64,000 nt of DNA from an uncultured bacterium (lineage in GTDB: Bacteria > Patescibacteriota > Minisyncoccia > Phycocordibacterales > DATDWN01). The translations under genes and the position numbers were made by a program. The notes under the pieces were generated by a model. It was given only the letters and a program-made list of their open reading frames with translations. It had not been told where the DNA came from and made no database searches. Shown here piece after piece: positions 10,237 through 20,935 of this stretch (positions within the stretch are counted from its first letter, which is position 1; each line of letters begins with the position of its first letter). The stretch lies in the NCBI GenBank assembly GCA_903861205.1, contig CAIOTC010000018.1:11800-75799 (forward strand), in the 5' to 3' direction.

Positions 10237-11260
10237 GTTCTCCCGGTGGTTTTTTAAGTGCACATCTAACAATAAATTTAAGGATAAAAATATAATCCGA
10301 TTTGTTTGGAGATTTTCCAAATGAGGAACTTTTATATTTTTTCCACGCAATAAATCCTTGTCCGGATAAGTTGTAGCAAATAAGTAACCAGCGTCTTTCA
10401 AGTATCTTTAATAATGAACCATCATCAAAGAATTTTTTATCTTTGTTTTCATCAATTAATTTATTGAACCACTTGTTTATTTTTTTTAAAAAATATTCCT
10501 GACTAAATCCTTTCGGAATATTTGTTGATTTATGAATAATTATTTCTTGTTCGCTGGGATCTATACTCAGTCTTTTTAATGTTCTGATTATTGTTTTGTC
10601 TCCACTTTTTCTTTGCATTTCGGAATAAACATGACTAATACCAGTACCATGAACTCTGTATTTGAGTAAAAACTTATTTAAATTTGCCATGGGGAAAAAA
10701 GTAGAAGCCCTTTCCCACAGTTCTTTATCCTCGGCATGTATAAAATTTTCATCAAAATATAATTTATTACTTATAATAGATGATTTTCGCATTATAACCG
10801 TAGGATGGATGAACGCTGATTCAAAGAGTAAGTTGGCTTTTATATCTTCCGGATTTGTGTATTTTTTTACAACATTTCCAGAGCGTTCTCCTATTGTTTT
10901 TGCCCAACCTCCAGATATTCCGATATTTTGATTTTTTTCCATAAAATCATATTGCATTTCAAGTCTATTCGGCAAACTGACATCATCTTGATCCATGCGA
11001 GCAATATATTTTCCACCAGATTCATTTATGCCGATGTTCAAAGTACGAATCAATCCTAAATTTGTAGCATTTTTTAGATATCTGATTCTTGGATCATTCA
11101 TATTTTTAATAACATCTTCACTGTTGTCCGTTGAACCGTCATTGATTATCAGTAATTCAAAATCAGTGAAAGTTTGTTTTAATATGCTTTCAATTGCTTC
11201 GGCTATGTATTTTCCACCATTGTAAACGGGCATTAATACCGTTATTTTTACATTACTCAT
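10226..11260 (-). CDS. GT2 glycosyltransferase
   Basis: ITVLMPVYNGGKYIAEAIESILKQTFTDFELLIINDGSTDNS is a canonical GT2 N-terminus. The gene overlaps the convergent GT4 gene by 11 nt. Confidence 0.75.
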   Translation of the reverse strand: MSNVKITVLMPVYNGGKYIAEAIESILKQTFTDFELLIINDGSTDNSEDVIKNMNDPRIRYLKNATNLGLIRTLNIGINESGGKYIARMDQDDVSLPNRLEMQYDFMEKNQNIGISGGWAKTIGERSGNVVKKYTNPEDIKANLLFESAFIHPTVIMRKSSIISNKLYFDENFIHAEDKELWERASTFFPMANLNKFLLKYRVHGTGISHVYSEMQRKSGDKTIIRTLKRLSIDPSEQEIIIHKSTNIPKGFSQEYFLKKINKWFNKLIDENKDKKFFDDGSLLKILERRWLLICYNLSGQGFIAWKKYKSSSFGKSPNKSDYIFILKFIVRCALKKPPGEPIF

Positions 11261-11270
11261 ATTATCTATT

Positions 11271-12197
11271 TTAGATTTTCCAAATTTTTTTTAATTCTTT
11301 TATACCATCTTCCAATTTTATCTTAGGTTGCCAACCAAGAAGTTTTTTTGCTTTTGATATGTCGGCCAATGTATCTGTCGGTCCAAACTTTGACGGCAAA
11401 TGTTTAATTTTATTGCCGCCTATTAATTTGGCTATTTCATTTATCGAATAATTTTTTCCTGTTCCGATATTAATCGCCTCGCCCTTTCCCACTTTTTTAC
11501 TTTTAGCCGCTAAGATATTTGCTCGTACCACGTCTCTGACATTGATAAAATCTCGTGTTCTTTTGCCATTACCCAAAATGTGGAAAACCTTATCGTCCAT
11601 TTTGTTTTTTAAAAATCGGTCAATGACTAAGGTGCGAGGGTAATCCAAATCTGGTCTTGGTCCATAAACACTAAAGTAACGTAGTGAGACTGTTGATAAT
11701 TTATACAATTCACTCCATATTTTGCAATATAACTCGCCTGTGTATTTTTGGATTCCATATGGAGCGGATGGATTTGGAAGCATATCTTCTCTGTGCGGTA
11801 ATTTGCTTTGATTCCCATATATGGCGCTTGAACTGGAATATACTAATCTCTCGACCCCTGCTTCTTGACAGGCCAAAAGAACATTAAGTGTGCCGTTAAT
11901 GTTAACTCTATTTGATAGTGTTGGTTGTTTGACTGAATATTGTTCACCCACTACAGAGGCTAAATGAAATACAAACCTGGCTCCTTTTATAATCGGTCTA
12001 ATTGATTTTAGATTGCATATATTCGCATTATGAAAAACTGCTTTATTATGGAGTGCCTTTTTATTTTTTGATTTACCAATAATGTGAACGGTAAAACCTT
12101 CTTTTACCAAAGCGTCTACCAAATAACTTCCAATAAATCCACATCCTCCAGTGACAACCACCTTACCTTTTTTATTGTTTTTCATATTTTTATCCAT
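11271..12197 (-). CDS. NAD-dependent nucleotide-sugar epimerase/dehydratase (extended SDR)
   Basis: It has the Rossmann motif VVVTGGCGFIGSYLVDAL and a YxxxK region (PYGIQKY). Confidence 0.75.
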   Translation of the reverse strand: MDKNMKNNKKGKVVVTGGCGFIGSYLVDALVKEGFTVHIIGKSKNKKALHNKAVFHNANICNLKSIRPIIKGARFVFHLASVVGEQYSVKQPTLSNRVNINGTLNVLLACQEAGVERLVYSSSSAIYGNQSKLPHREDMLPNPSAPYGIQKYTGELYCKIWSELYKLSTVSLRYFSVYGPRPDLDYPRTLVIDRFLKNKMDDKVFHILGNGKRTRDFINVRDVVRANILAAKSKKVGKGEAINIGTGKNYSINEIAKLIGGNKIKHLPSKFGPTDTLADISKAKKLLGWQPKIKLEDGIKELKKIWKI

Positions 12198-13858
12198 GTT
12201 TCCGGAATAAGATCCCTCGTATTCATTTCTTCAGCATTAAACCATTTTTTCGGTGAAATAACAATTTTATTGGGATTATTATTCAGCCAAGCTGCCCACC
12301 AGCTAAATGTGCTGTTGGCTATTATGTTGTGCTTACATCCGCTCATTATTACCAGTTCCTGAAAATCTGCTAACCCAAAATGAGAGTCTATGTATGTCGT
12401 ATCTTTTGGAAAGGGAAGTGTTTTTGACCATTCCAAATCATCTGAAAAAACAAAAAATCTAGGATTTGATATTTTTTCTTTCATTAAAGAAGCGGCTTTT
12501 TGGTAGTATTCTTTGTCACATACACCAAATATCTTTTGATTTTTAGACACAAGGTAATCACCTCGACGAATGTGAATTGAGACAGAATTACTGGTGCTGA
12601 TATCTTTTACTAACACATCCGAACTTTTTGGTAAAGGCTCTTTTAAAGTGAATTCTTTTCTTATTATATGTTCAATATCTTCAAAATATTTATAGCTTTG
12701 ATAACACCCGTCTCCGTCAAGATAAGTATTTTTGGGCAGGTTTAAGATTTCCGGACAAAAACGATATTCCGGTTCTCTCCAAACATGTTTGTTTAATTTA
12801 TATTTATTTTCAAATCCAAAAACTTTGCCCATAATTTTATTAAAAATATTTTCCGGTTTCAAATGCCTTATTTCATCTGGACTAGCGATTTCTCCGGAAA
12901 TATTAAAATTATTCAGAAGATATTTTCGCCGTGAACTTTTTTCATACCAAGTCGTGTCGCATTTAAGAGGAACTCCTAACTTTTTTGATAAAGCGCGACC
13001 GACGGCATATTGAAAAAACTGATTACCGAGACCGCCTGTCAAATTCGTTATTATCATCCGGATTTGAATTCCATCACTATTTTTAAAAAGATATTTATAT
13101 TTTTCTTTATTATTCAAAATATATTTTGGCAAATTCGATTCGTCAATCGTGTAAGTGAATTTTCTACCCAAGAAATCTTTTCTTTTTTGTATATTAGATT
13201 TCAAATTATTTTTTACTTTATCTGAAAAATAATCTTTTTCACTATAAGAGTCTTGCAGTTTCCTTTTAACTTCTTCATACCCGCCCATTGATGTGAAATG
13301 CCAGCCGCCCACGTATTCTGTCTTTGCGGAATCTCTTCTAAGTACGTTTAGGCAATTTTGTCTGACCAAGTAATAAGGACATTTAATGAGCCCCCAGAAT
13401 TTTTCACTGGATTTGTTGTTCAAGTAATATGAATATACCTCTAACTTTATTTTTATCGGATTCTCCAAATCTTTTAGAGCGTTTTCATTCCATATTTCAT
13501 CCACATCTCCGATAAAACAAATATCATCATCTTTCAAATTGGTAAGAGCTTTTTTTATAGATTCTTTTTGCAAAAATTCATGTTGCCAATGGTATTCACC
13601 AACAGTACCGGGTGAATTTTTGGCCAGGTCGATCTCTTCTTTGGTATAATTTTCATCAATCACAAAATATTTAATCTTATTATGCCACTTCTTATACCTT
13701 TCTTTTTGCAGTTCATAATATAACGGCTTTGGTGAGCCGCTAAATGTGGTTGGAGCTTCTACAATAATAAACTCATCAACAAAATCGTTTAAAATATTAA
13801 GTCTTATTTCTAACACATCGTATTCTCCATTAAATGTAAAAATATCGTAAATTTTCAT
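12182..13858 (-). CDS. Two-domain glycosyltransferase: GT17-like N-domain fused to a GT11 alpha-1,2-fucosyltransferase-like C-domain
   Basis: The N-terminal IYDIFTFNGEYDVLEIRL…FIIVEA resembles the Glyco_transf_17 signature. The C-domain carries GT11 motif I (GGLGNQFFQYA) and the HIRRGDY motif. Confidence 0.6.
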   Translation of the reverse strand: MKIYDIFTFNGEYDVLEIRLNILNDFVDEFIIVEAPTTFSGSPKPLYYELQKERYKKWHNKIKYFVIDENYTKEEIDLAKNSPGTVGEYHWQHEFLQKESIKKALTNLKDDDICFIGDVDEIWNENALKDLENPIKIKLEVYSYYLNNKSSEKFWGLIKCPYYLVRQNCLNVLRRDSAKTEYVGGWHFTSMGGYEEVKRKLQDSYSEKDYFSDKVKNNLKSNIQKRKDFLGRKFTYTIDESNLPKYILNNKEKYKYLFKNSDGIQIRMIITNLTGGLGNQFFQYAVGRALSKKLGVPLKCDTTWYEKSSRRKYLLNNFNISGEIASPDEIRHLKPENIFNKIMGKVFGFENKYKLNKHVWREPEYRFCPEILNLPKNTYLDGDGCYQSYKYFEDIEHIIRKEFTLKEPLPKSSDVLVKDISTSNSVSIHIRRGDYLVSKNQKIFGVCDKEYYQKAASLMKEKISNPRFFVFSDDLEWSKTLPFPKDTTYIDSHFGLADFQELVIMSGCKHNIIANSTFSWWAAWLNNNPNKIVISPKKWFNAEEMNTRDLIPETWIKI

Positions 13859-14613
13859 ATGTTTTTTACTTTATTTCTAATTTTCCAGAAAATTTTTCCT
13901 CCAAATGACAATGCTTTATTGGTCCATAAAATATATGATGGGGAAATCTTTTCATAAAATTTTTCCGCAAACTTATATTTTTTGATAAAAACTATACTCC
14001 TATATAAATGTATTGAATCTATGCTTTTTTCCCACCAATTTAATTCCCCCAATTCTTTTCTCTGATAAAAATTATCTTCTTTTATATTTGAAATATCTGC
14101 TATTCCGCACTTACCTCCGGAGTTAACACAGTCCAAGAGTTCCTTTAATCGATTCATGAATAAAGTATTATCACGTCTAAAATCCGGTCGATAGCAACAG
14201 TTCAAATCTTCAACGACATAAAAACCTCCATTTTTTAAAAATGGGAAGAAAAAGTCAAATGATGTTTTCATGTGGTCGTTGAAATGTGAGCCGTCGTCAA
14301 TTATGATGTCAAATGGTCCATATTTGTCATTAACGGTTTTAAGAAAGACTAAATCATCTTGACTGCCTTTTAAAGTTTTTATTCTGTCTTCATCCATTTT
14401 ACTACAATCTTTTATATCAATACCATAAATTTCAGAGTTTGCAAAATATTCTTTCCAAGTTTTTAACGAGTAGCCGTTTTGTATGCCAATTTCTAAAATT
14501 TTTAGGTTATTGTTTTTAATACTGGAAAAATATACTTCATATTTTCCCGTGTAATTATGAACTTTACTTGATTTGTCCGTTTTATATTTTAATGCTATTT
14601 CGTCCAGTGTCAT
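13855..14613 (-). CDS. SAM-dependent sugar O-methyltransferase (TylF/CmcI-like class I MTase)
   Basis: It has the KYKTDK…HNYT…YE signature followed by LEIGIQNGYSLKTW and IIIDDGSH. Its 4-nt overlap with the upstream gene implies an operon. Confidence 0.55.
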   Translation of the reverse strand: MTLDEIALKYKTDKSSKVHNYTGKYEVYFSSIKNNNLKILEIGIQNGYSLKTWKEYFANSEIYGIDIKDCSKMDEDRIKTLKGSQDDLVFLKTVNDKYGPFDIIIDDGSHFNDHMKTSFDFFFPFLKNGGFYVVEDLNCCYRPDFRRDNTLFMNRLKELLDCVNSGGKCGIADISNIKEDNFYQRKELGELNWWEKSIDSIHLYRSIVFIKKYKFAEKFYEKISPSYILWTNKALSFGGKIFWKIRNKVKNI

Positions 14614-14637
14614 ACTTTTTTATTAATAAAAGCGGTA

Positions 14638-16440
14638 TTAAACCTTTAATAAAACAAGTTTTTTTACTATCTTTTTAAATAATGGAAATGAAGAAGCTAT
14701 TTTATTATAGATTAAAAATGCTTTTGTTTTTATGTTGATGATTACGTGTTTCTTTAATAAATACATGATTTGTTGCAGATTTAGTGTAATATGGTTAAAT
14801 CTAAAATCAGTAACAAATGTATTTTCGTTGTGAAGTTCGTAATTATTTTTTTCAAACCAACATTTTTCGGCTGAAAATATTTTTCCATCTTTATCCAAAT
14901 ATGTGAAGTCGTCCGTTATAATATCTGAAGTGGACCAATATCCATCGGATACATTATGACGTGCCCAGTATTTTGGAGCTATGACAATTTTTGTATTTGT
15001 GTTTAAATAAGCTGCCCACCAGGAGAAACTGGAATTTGGTATGATCAAATATTTAGCATTTAATAGAAGTGAAAAGTCCGTACCAATTGCGCCACCAAAA
15101 TGATGAGAAGCCATGTTCTTATCTTTTGTGTTCAAGGATGATCCTACTATTTCTACATCACTAAGAAATTTTCTTGCAATCTCCGGTTGGTCGGTCACGC
15201 AACAAAATTTTATGTTGGGATTAACGCCCCTCACAACATTCATTGCGTTTTTATAATATGAAATTGGCAGAAAAACATCTTTTTGATTGTAGAAGTCACC
15301 GCATCTTAAGTGTATTAGACAAGTATTATCATCTGTTTTTATTTTTTTAAAATCGTTTTTTATCTTAAACCAACTTATTATTTTTTCTCGGTTATTTGCA
15401 AGATATTTCGTGGATTGAAAATTACCGTCAATTTTGGTTTGTGTCGGAATGTTAAATAATTCTGAATCGGTTCTGGATATGTCAATATTGTAGCCTTTGT
15501 AAACTTCTCTTTTTTCGCGGTAATAATTTTGTATTCCATCAGGCAGTTGGAGTGGAGGTCCTCCTTCCGGAGATAATCCATTTCTCAGTTTTACGCCAAA
15601 ATCAAGTCCCATGAATTTTTTGCCCTTAAACTTCTCTTTTCCCATAACTGAAAAACTGCATTTTTTATGTTCAGCTATAAGTCTGGTTGCTGCGTATGCC
15701 CACAATTGATTGCCTAATCCTTGACCGTCATATATTTCAGTGGCAATTATTTGCTTTAACATGTAGTTTTCTGCAGTGTCGTTAAATTCCGGTGAATCTT
15801 TGAATATTTTAATAATATCGCCGGGAATAACTTTTGGATCTACGTACCAATCTTCAAATATATCTTCTTTATTAATATTTGCTATATTTCCAACTACTAA
15901 TTCATAACCGTGTGAAAGTAATATCCGCCTTGATTCATCTCTATTTTTTTTGGATTCTTCACGACTTATGCTTGAGTCATAATAATCAGTCTCATATGTT
16001 ATGACAGAGAAACGGTATTTATCCAAAGGCAATTTTTTCAGACATTTCAGGGTGTTGCTTTGCGGCTCAATATCAAGTTGCAAATAATCTATTTGATTGC
16101 CAAAACCGTTCTGCTTGAAAACTTTTTCATAGTCTATTTCTAAAGCGTTTTGAAGAATAAAATTATTTTTTCTTCCGGCTTTTTCAAATGATTTTTTTGA
16201 ATTGGGGTCTATATCAACAGACAGACCTCTCCAACCAAATTGTTTTTCCAACAAATATGTATTGTTTATGAAAATCGCTTCAAAAGCGCCTATCTCCACA
16301 TAAGTTCCATTACGTTTTCCGTTTAACATTGAAAGCACAAACATATCCTGGTAAGCCTGAGAAAAATTTCTTCTGATAGATTCTGATGAATTGAATTTGA
16401 ATCTAAGTCTTTCAAATTTACTTTTATCGTATAATCTCAT
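14638..16440 (-). CDS. FkbM-family methyltransferase domain fused to a GT11-like (fucosyltransferase-like) domain
   Basis: The N-terminal AYQDMFVLSMLNGKRNGTYVEIGAFEA is the FkbM signature. The middle and C-terminal region has GT11-like motifs (GQGLGNQLWAYA and HLRCGDF). Confidence 0.55.
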   Translation of the reverse strand: MRLYDKSKFERLRFKFNSSESIRRNFSQAYQDMFVLSMLNGKRNGTYVEIGAFEAIFINNTYLLEKQFGWRGLSVDIDPNSKKSFEKAGRKNNFILQNALEIDYEKVFKQNGFGNQIDYLQLDIEPQSNTLKCLKKLPLDKYRFSVITYETDYYDSSISREESKKNRDESRRILLSHGYELVVGNIANINKEDIFEDWYVDPKVIPGDIIKIFKDSPEFNDTAENYMLKQIIATEIYDGQGLGNQLWAYAATRLIAEHKKCSFSVMGKEKFKGKKFMGLDFGVKLRNGLSPEGGPPLQLPDGIQNYYREKREVYKGYNIDISRTDSELFNIPTQTKIDGNFQSTKYLANNREKIISWFKIKNDFKKIKTDDNTCLIHLRCGDFYNQKDVFLPISYYKNAMNVVRGVNPNIKFCCVTDQPEIARKFLSDVEIVGSSLNTKDKNMASHHFGGAIGTDFSLLLNAKYLIIPNSSFSWWAAYLNTNTKIVIAPKYWARHNVSDGYWSTSDIITDDFTYLDKDGKIFSAEKCWFEKNNYELHNENTFVTDFRFNHITLNLQQIMYLLKKHVIINIKTKAFLIYNKIASSFPLFKKIVKKLVLLKV

Positions 16441-16441
16441 A

Positions 16442-17848
16442 TTATAAATTTTTATTTTTTAATAACACATCTGTCTTGTAGTCTTTAATGACCTCCCAAT
16501 TATTTCCCAAGATTTCCAGTATTTTATTGAGAGTTGGTTCTCCTTCATAATATTCGGTATTGCTGTATTCCGTATAAATGTATTTTATTTTACCTGTCAA
16601 ACTTGTCTCTGCTCCCTTTAATATCAAATCCTCTGCTCCTTGGACATCTGCCCAAATAAAATCAACAATATCAATTTTATTATCTCTAATAAAAGTGTCT
16701 ATTGTTGTGGTTTTTACTTCCAATATTTTATCAAAATTTAAAAATGGCCATGTGGCGTATAAATTTTTTAGATTTGGTTTTTTTAAAGATGAAGAATATA
16801 CGGTTTCCGACTGATGAAATTGCATTTTTCCATCTTTATCTCCGACGGCCATTTCAACGAGCTCGACTCGTTTATCGCGTACTTTTTCTTTGAAAGAGGC
16901 AATATTTCTTGGATCCGGTTCAAAACAATACATCTTAAAATCCGAATTATCAAAAACCTTTATAAATTCCAATGTGTCCAACCCATCAGCGGCCCCTATT
17001 TCAAATATTACAGGCCTATCATTTGAAATTAGTTTTTCTATTTGCATTTTATCCAATGGAATGATTCCATTTTTATCTTGGAAATAATTTATATGCAATG
17101 TGTTTATAATTGACTTAATGAATTTTTTTATCTTACAAATAAATTTTTTTTGCAAACACAAAATTTTCCTAAAGGCTATTCTTAATAAACGATTAACCAT
17201 AATTATTTTTGGAACATTTTTTTTGTATTTATGAAAACCAAAGGGTTCTGACTCCGAATCATCACAATCCATTTCACGACTGAATTTTGAGGCCACAGAA
17301 ACAGGAGCGAGCCGCACACCATATTCCCCCAATTCTTTTTTATAATAATTGGTAATAACCCCATCTTCATTATAATAGCCACTACCATTATCGGTAAAAG
17401 GCAATTTTAACTCATTTAGAGCTTTTAATAACTTCTTACTTCTTAAAGAGAATCCTCCATTTCCAACTCTAATATTAATACCATTTTTATCAAAATGAAG
17501 ATTTTTAGGCCAAGGAGCTCCAACATAGTCATATTTCAAAAATTCATCGCTCCATTTTTCGGGTCTCAAAACATATCCGTCATATTGGACAACCAAGGCA
17601 AATTCAGTGTTTATATATTTAAATAAATCATAAAGCATAAATTTGCTATACTCATTTATATTTTTTATCTGGATGCATGGTTTAAACTTTATTTTATTCG
17701 GAAGACATTCGGGTTTTTGATGTGTAATCAAAATAACCTCATAATAGTTAATTCCATTCATTGATTGTTCCAAAGAGGCGATTGTCTCGTCTATATTTAT
17801 GGAAGAGATGGCAACCAATGTTACATTTTTTAATTCTAAATTAGCCAT
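16442..17848 (-). CDS. Two-domain protein with an N-terminal domain of unknown function (GNGGFSLRS motif, DUF5672-like) and a C-terminal FkbM-family methyltransferase
   Basis: The C-terminal VIFEIGAADGLDTLEFI…CFEPDPRN…GDKDGKMQF is FkbM-like. The N-terminal ~250 aa have no motif I can confidently name. Confidence 0.55.
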   Translation of the reverse strand: MANLELKNVTLVAISSINIDETIASLEQSMNGINYYEVILITHQKPECLPNKIKFKPCIQIKNINEYSKFMLYDLFKYINTEFALVVQYDGYVLRPEKWSDEFLKYDYVGAPWPKNLHFDKNGINIRVGNGGFSLRSKKLLKALNELKLPFTDNGSGYYNEDGVITNYYKKELGEYGVRLAPVSVASKFSREMDCDDSESEPFGFHKYKKNVPKIIMVNRLLRIAFRKILCLQKKFICKIKKFIKSIINTLHINYFQDKNGIIPLDKMQIEKLISNDRPVIFEIGAADGLDTLEFIKVFDNSDFKMYCFEPDPRNIASFKEKVRDKRVELVEMAVGDKDGKMQFHQSETVYSSSLKKPNLKNLYATWPFLNFDKILEVKTTTIDTFIRDNKIDIVDFIWADVQGAEDLILKGAETSLTGKIKYIYTEYSNTEYYEGEPTLNKILEILGNNWEVIKDYKTDVLLKNKNL

Positions 17849-17868
17849 TATTTTTATTCTCGACAGGA

Positions 17869-18636
17869 TTATTGAAATTTTAGCATCAGCAGTATTTTTT
17901 TAAAATACCCCCTCATTTTTTTAGTGAATTGATAATGTCTTTCATACCAATGAGCGTATTTTTTGAAGACTTCAGAGGCCTCACGCATTTGTTTTCCATC
18001 TGCGTCGGTAGAGATGTTGTTGTCAAAAATATGTGTGGTGGCCGGCACCGGAACATATAAGTATTTGTAGTTTTCTTTTGATATTTTTAAATAAAATTCA
18101 TAGTCCAAAGAATATTTATTTTCCTCATCGAATTTGTATTTAAGAAAAACGTGTTTTTTAAAGAACATATCTTGCATTCCCACCATCGTGCCGTATTTCA
18201 GTAGATTTTTACGATTGAATTCCATATTTGGACATTTTCTGAATGTTGTTTTATTTTCAGATGCTATAAAATTATAAGAATCAAAATATATAGCGTCAAA
18301 GTCTGTTTTATTTGCATAGTCGTTTATTGTTCCAAAAATATCCGGTGACAATATGTCATCCGATCCGAGATAACCGATAATATCTCCGGAAACTTTTTCC
18401 AAACCGATATTTAAAGCGCTGGAGATTCCTTTGTCGGGATATTTTAACCAAATAATATTTTTATTTTTTTCAACAAATGATTGAATAATTGCGTGCGACC
18501 TGTCGGTGGATTTTCCGTCCACAATAATTAATTCTTTGTTTGGGTACTCTTGAGACAAGAAGTTATTTATTGATCTGCCGATATATTTTTCGCCGTTGTA
18601 ACTCGGCATAATTATGGAGATTTTGTAATTATGCAT
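17869..18636 (-). CDS. GT2 glycosyltransferase
   Basis: The motifs ISIIMPSYNGEKYIGRSINNFLSQEYPNKELIIVDGKSTDRS and GSDD are present. Confidence 0.75.
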   Translation of the reverse strand: MHNYKISIIMPSYNGEKYIGRSINNFLSQEYPNKELIIVDGKSTDRSHAIIQSFVEKNKNIIWLKYPDKGISSALNIGLEKVSGDIIGYLGSDDILSPDIFGTINDYANKTDFDAIYFDSYNFIASENKTTFRKCPNMEFNRKNLLKYGTMVGMQDMFFKKHVFLKYKFDEENKYSLDYEFYLKISKENYKYLYVPVPATTHIFDNNISTDADGKQMREASEVFKKYAHWYERHYQFTKKMRGYFKKILLMLKFQ

Positions 18637-18637
18637 A

Positions 18638-19711
18638 TTATATAAGTTGTTTTAATTTCAAGACTTCAATTACTCGTTCACAGAAACCAGCAGGCAACCA
18701 TTTTGCATATTTTTCGCTTTTCATATAGCGATCACCGGCAGATAAATATTTATTGTATTCAACTTCTGTCATTTGTGTTATAAACTTGGCTAAATCCGTA
18801 TCATTTTTAAATTTTTTTCGGTCAATAAACGCATCGGGGTCAACATATTTTTTTGCGCTTGGTGATCCCCAATATATCGGTACCACTCTGGCCGCCAATG
18901 AATCAAATATTTTATCTGAAACATATCCATTGCCATCGGAAATATTTTCGTAGCAAATATTAAATTTATATTGTGACAATGTGCCGATTTTGTCTTTGGC
19001 AAAACCGCGATATGTTCCATATTTCTTTACTAATCGAGGAAAAATTAAATCTAATCTGGTAATCGGTTGATTCCATCGCAAACCATACAAATCAAAGTCA
19101 TTGGGGTAGTGAGAATCAAAGTAGGCAATTGCCTCTCTTCTTGCCGAGTATAGCTCATTTTTGTAGTCTGAATATTTGTTGTGTGAGATATTGACTAAAA
19201 GTTTTTTACTGTTAAAAGGACGGGCTTCCGGCAATATTTCTGAGAGAGCTGCCGGAAGATAAAATTTGAAATATTTTTTATTATCTACCAAATCATTATC
19301 CCAAGTAATAATAGTTGAAAATTTATTATGGATGGATTTTGCATAATTGTAAGGTTTTACAGATTTACCCTCCCACATCAACAAAACCATTTTATCTTTC
19401 ATTCCAGCATCAATGCACTCCTTGTAAACATTTCTTTTTGCCGGTTTTTCTTTTTTTAATAAACTTTTTAAAAAAGAGACGATATTTGTTATTGGATATT
19501 CTAATTTTTCACCCAAACTGTTGCTATCAATGAAAAGTATCATGGCGCAATCTTTCAGATCATTTTGATGAACAGTTTTAAGGTTGTATCCGATTTCAGA
19601 TAATTTATGACTAAAAATTTCCCATAATCCACCATCATTATTAATCTCATCATCAGATATTGGTTTATTCCCAAATGCATGACTTTCGAGACTTATCAAC
19701 AGGTTTTTCAT
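18638..19711 (-). CDS. GT10 alpha-1,3/4-fucosyltransferase-like protein
   Basis: KFNICYENISDGNGYVSDKIFDSL matches the GT10 FxxFENS…Y(V/I)(T/S)(E/D)K signature. Confidence 0.5.
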   Translation of the reverse strand: MKNLLISLESHAFGNKPISDDEINNDGGLWEIFSHKLSEIGYNLKTVHQNDLKDCAMILFIDSNSLGEKLEYPITNIVSFLKSLLKKEKPAKRNVYKECIDAGMKDKMVLLMWEGKSVKPYNYAKSIHNKFSTIITWDNDLVDNKKYFKFYLPAALSEILPEARPFNSKKLLVNISHNKYSDYKNELYSARREAIAYFDSHYPNDFDLYGLRWNQPITRLDLIFPRLVKKYGTYRGFAKDKIGTLSQYKFNICYENISDGNGYVSDKIFDSLAARVVPIYWGSPSAKKYVDPDAFIDRKKFKNDTDLAKFITQMTEVEYNKYLSAGDRYMKSEKYAKWLPAGFCERVIEVLKLKQLI

Positions 19712-19714
19712 GTT

Positions 19715-20935
19715 TTATTTTGAGAAAGTTTTTATAAGAATAGCAATTTCTTTTTTTGTCAGATCCGGGTTGTTTCCAAAATAAAAACCAAGCTCGTGTA
19801 TTTTTTCAGCGTTTGGTAAAAAATATTTAGTGGCGATATATTTTTTGTAAAATGCGTGTTTGTTTATACTGCCCGCCACAATAGGTCGTATTTCAATTTC
19901 AGCCTTTTTTGCCAGCTCCATATACTTTTCTTTTATTGATTTTGATTTACAAATAAGAGGAAAGGCAAAATTGGAAACCACATTCAAACCATCAGTTTTC
20001 ATTTTTACAAAATCCTTATTCTGATATATTTTCTCAAATTTTTTATAATTTTCTTGACGCTTTTTAATCATTTCATCCAAGTATTTCAATTGATTCAAAC
20101 CAAGAAAACCGTTTATTTCAGTTGGGCGAAAGTTATACCCTATGTCGTAAAAAGTAAATTTTCCATAGAATTCGTCCACATTGTATTTCAGTCTCAATTT
20201 TTTTTGTTCGTTCTCTGATATGTGACGGTCCCATCCATGAGACCGCACTATCCTAAGCATTGTGTCTATTTCCAAATCATCAGTGCAGACCATGCCACCT
20301 TCTATGGTTGACATATGATGACCGGCATAAAAAGAAAAAGTTGAAGCAAAGCCGAAATTACCCAGTTTTTCTTTTTTGTATTCAGTGCCCAGTGATTCGC
20401 AGTTGTCTTCTATAAGCAGAATATTATTTTTTTTGCAGAATTTTCTAATTTTTCCTATATCGTCGCAATATCCCAAAAGATTTGTAATAAATAAACATTT
20501 AAATTTATGTTTCTTGTGGATTTCAATAATTTTTTTTGAAGAAATATTCAACGTGTCCATTTCTATGTCAATTGGCACCGGATTGAGTTTCAGGGTAATA
20601 AGGGGCATTACATTTGTTGCCCAGGTTACAGCTGAAAATCCAACACTATCTCCTTCTTTTATTTTATTTAAATTTATAAGCACTTGAATCAAAGCCAGGT
20701 TGGCGGAACTTCCACTGTTGAACATAACAGAGTATTTTCTTCCTTGCCAATGAGAAAATTTAGTCTCAAATTCAGAGCACATTTTATCCATGGATAATTG
20801 TTTGGCTTGTTTTATGAATTTGCATAAAGCCTCTTTGGTAGCTTCTTCTTTGTGGAAAGTCGATTTGATTAGTTTGATCATTTTTTTGAATTTTATTTCA
20901 GAGGCCCGGGTTCCTGTCTGCTTAATTTTGTCCAC
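19715..20935 (-). CDS. PLP-dependent DegT/DnrJ/EryC1 family enzyme, probably a sugar 3-dehydratase (ColD/E1-type) rather than an aminotransferase
   Basis: The fold is aspartate-aminotransferase-like (GSSANLALIQ, LIEDNCESLG). The Schiff-base lysine position reads FYAGHHMSTIEGG, with His in place of Lys, as in GDP-4-keto-6-deoxymannose 3-dehydratase ColD and CDP-6-deoxy-L-threo-D-glycero-4-hexulose 3-dehydrase E1. Confidence 0.6.
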   Translation of the reverse strand: MDKIKQTGTRASEIKFKKMIKLIKSTFHKEEATKEALCKFIKQAKQLSMDKMCSEFETKFSHWQGRKYSVMFNSGSSANLALIQVLINLNKIKEGDSVGFSAVTWATNVMPLITLKLNPVPIDIEMDTLNISSKKIIEIHKKHKFKCLFITNLLGYCDDIGKIRKFCKKNNILLIEDNCESLGTEYKKEKLGNFGFASTFSFYAGHHMSTIEGGMVCTDDLEIDTMLRIVRSHGWDRHISENEQKKLRLKYNVDEFYGKFTFYDIGYNFRPTEINGFLGLNQLKYLDEMIKKRQENYKKFEKIYQNKDFVKMKTDGLNVVSNFAFPLICKSKSIKEKYMELAKKAEIEIRPIVAGSINKHAFYKKYIATKYFLPNAEKIHELGFYFGNNPDLTKKEIAILIKTFSK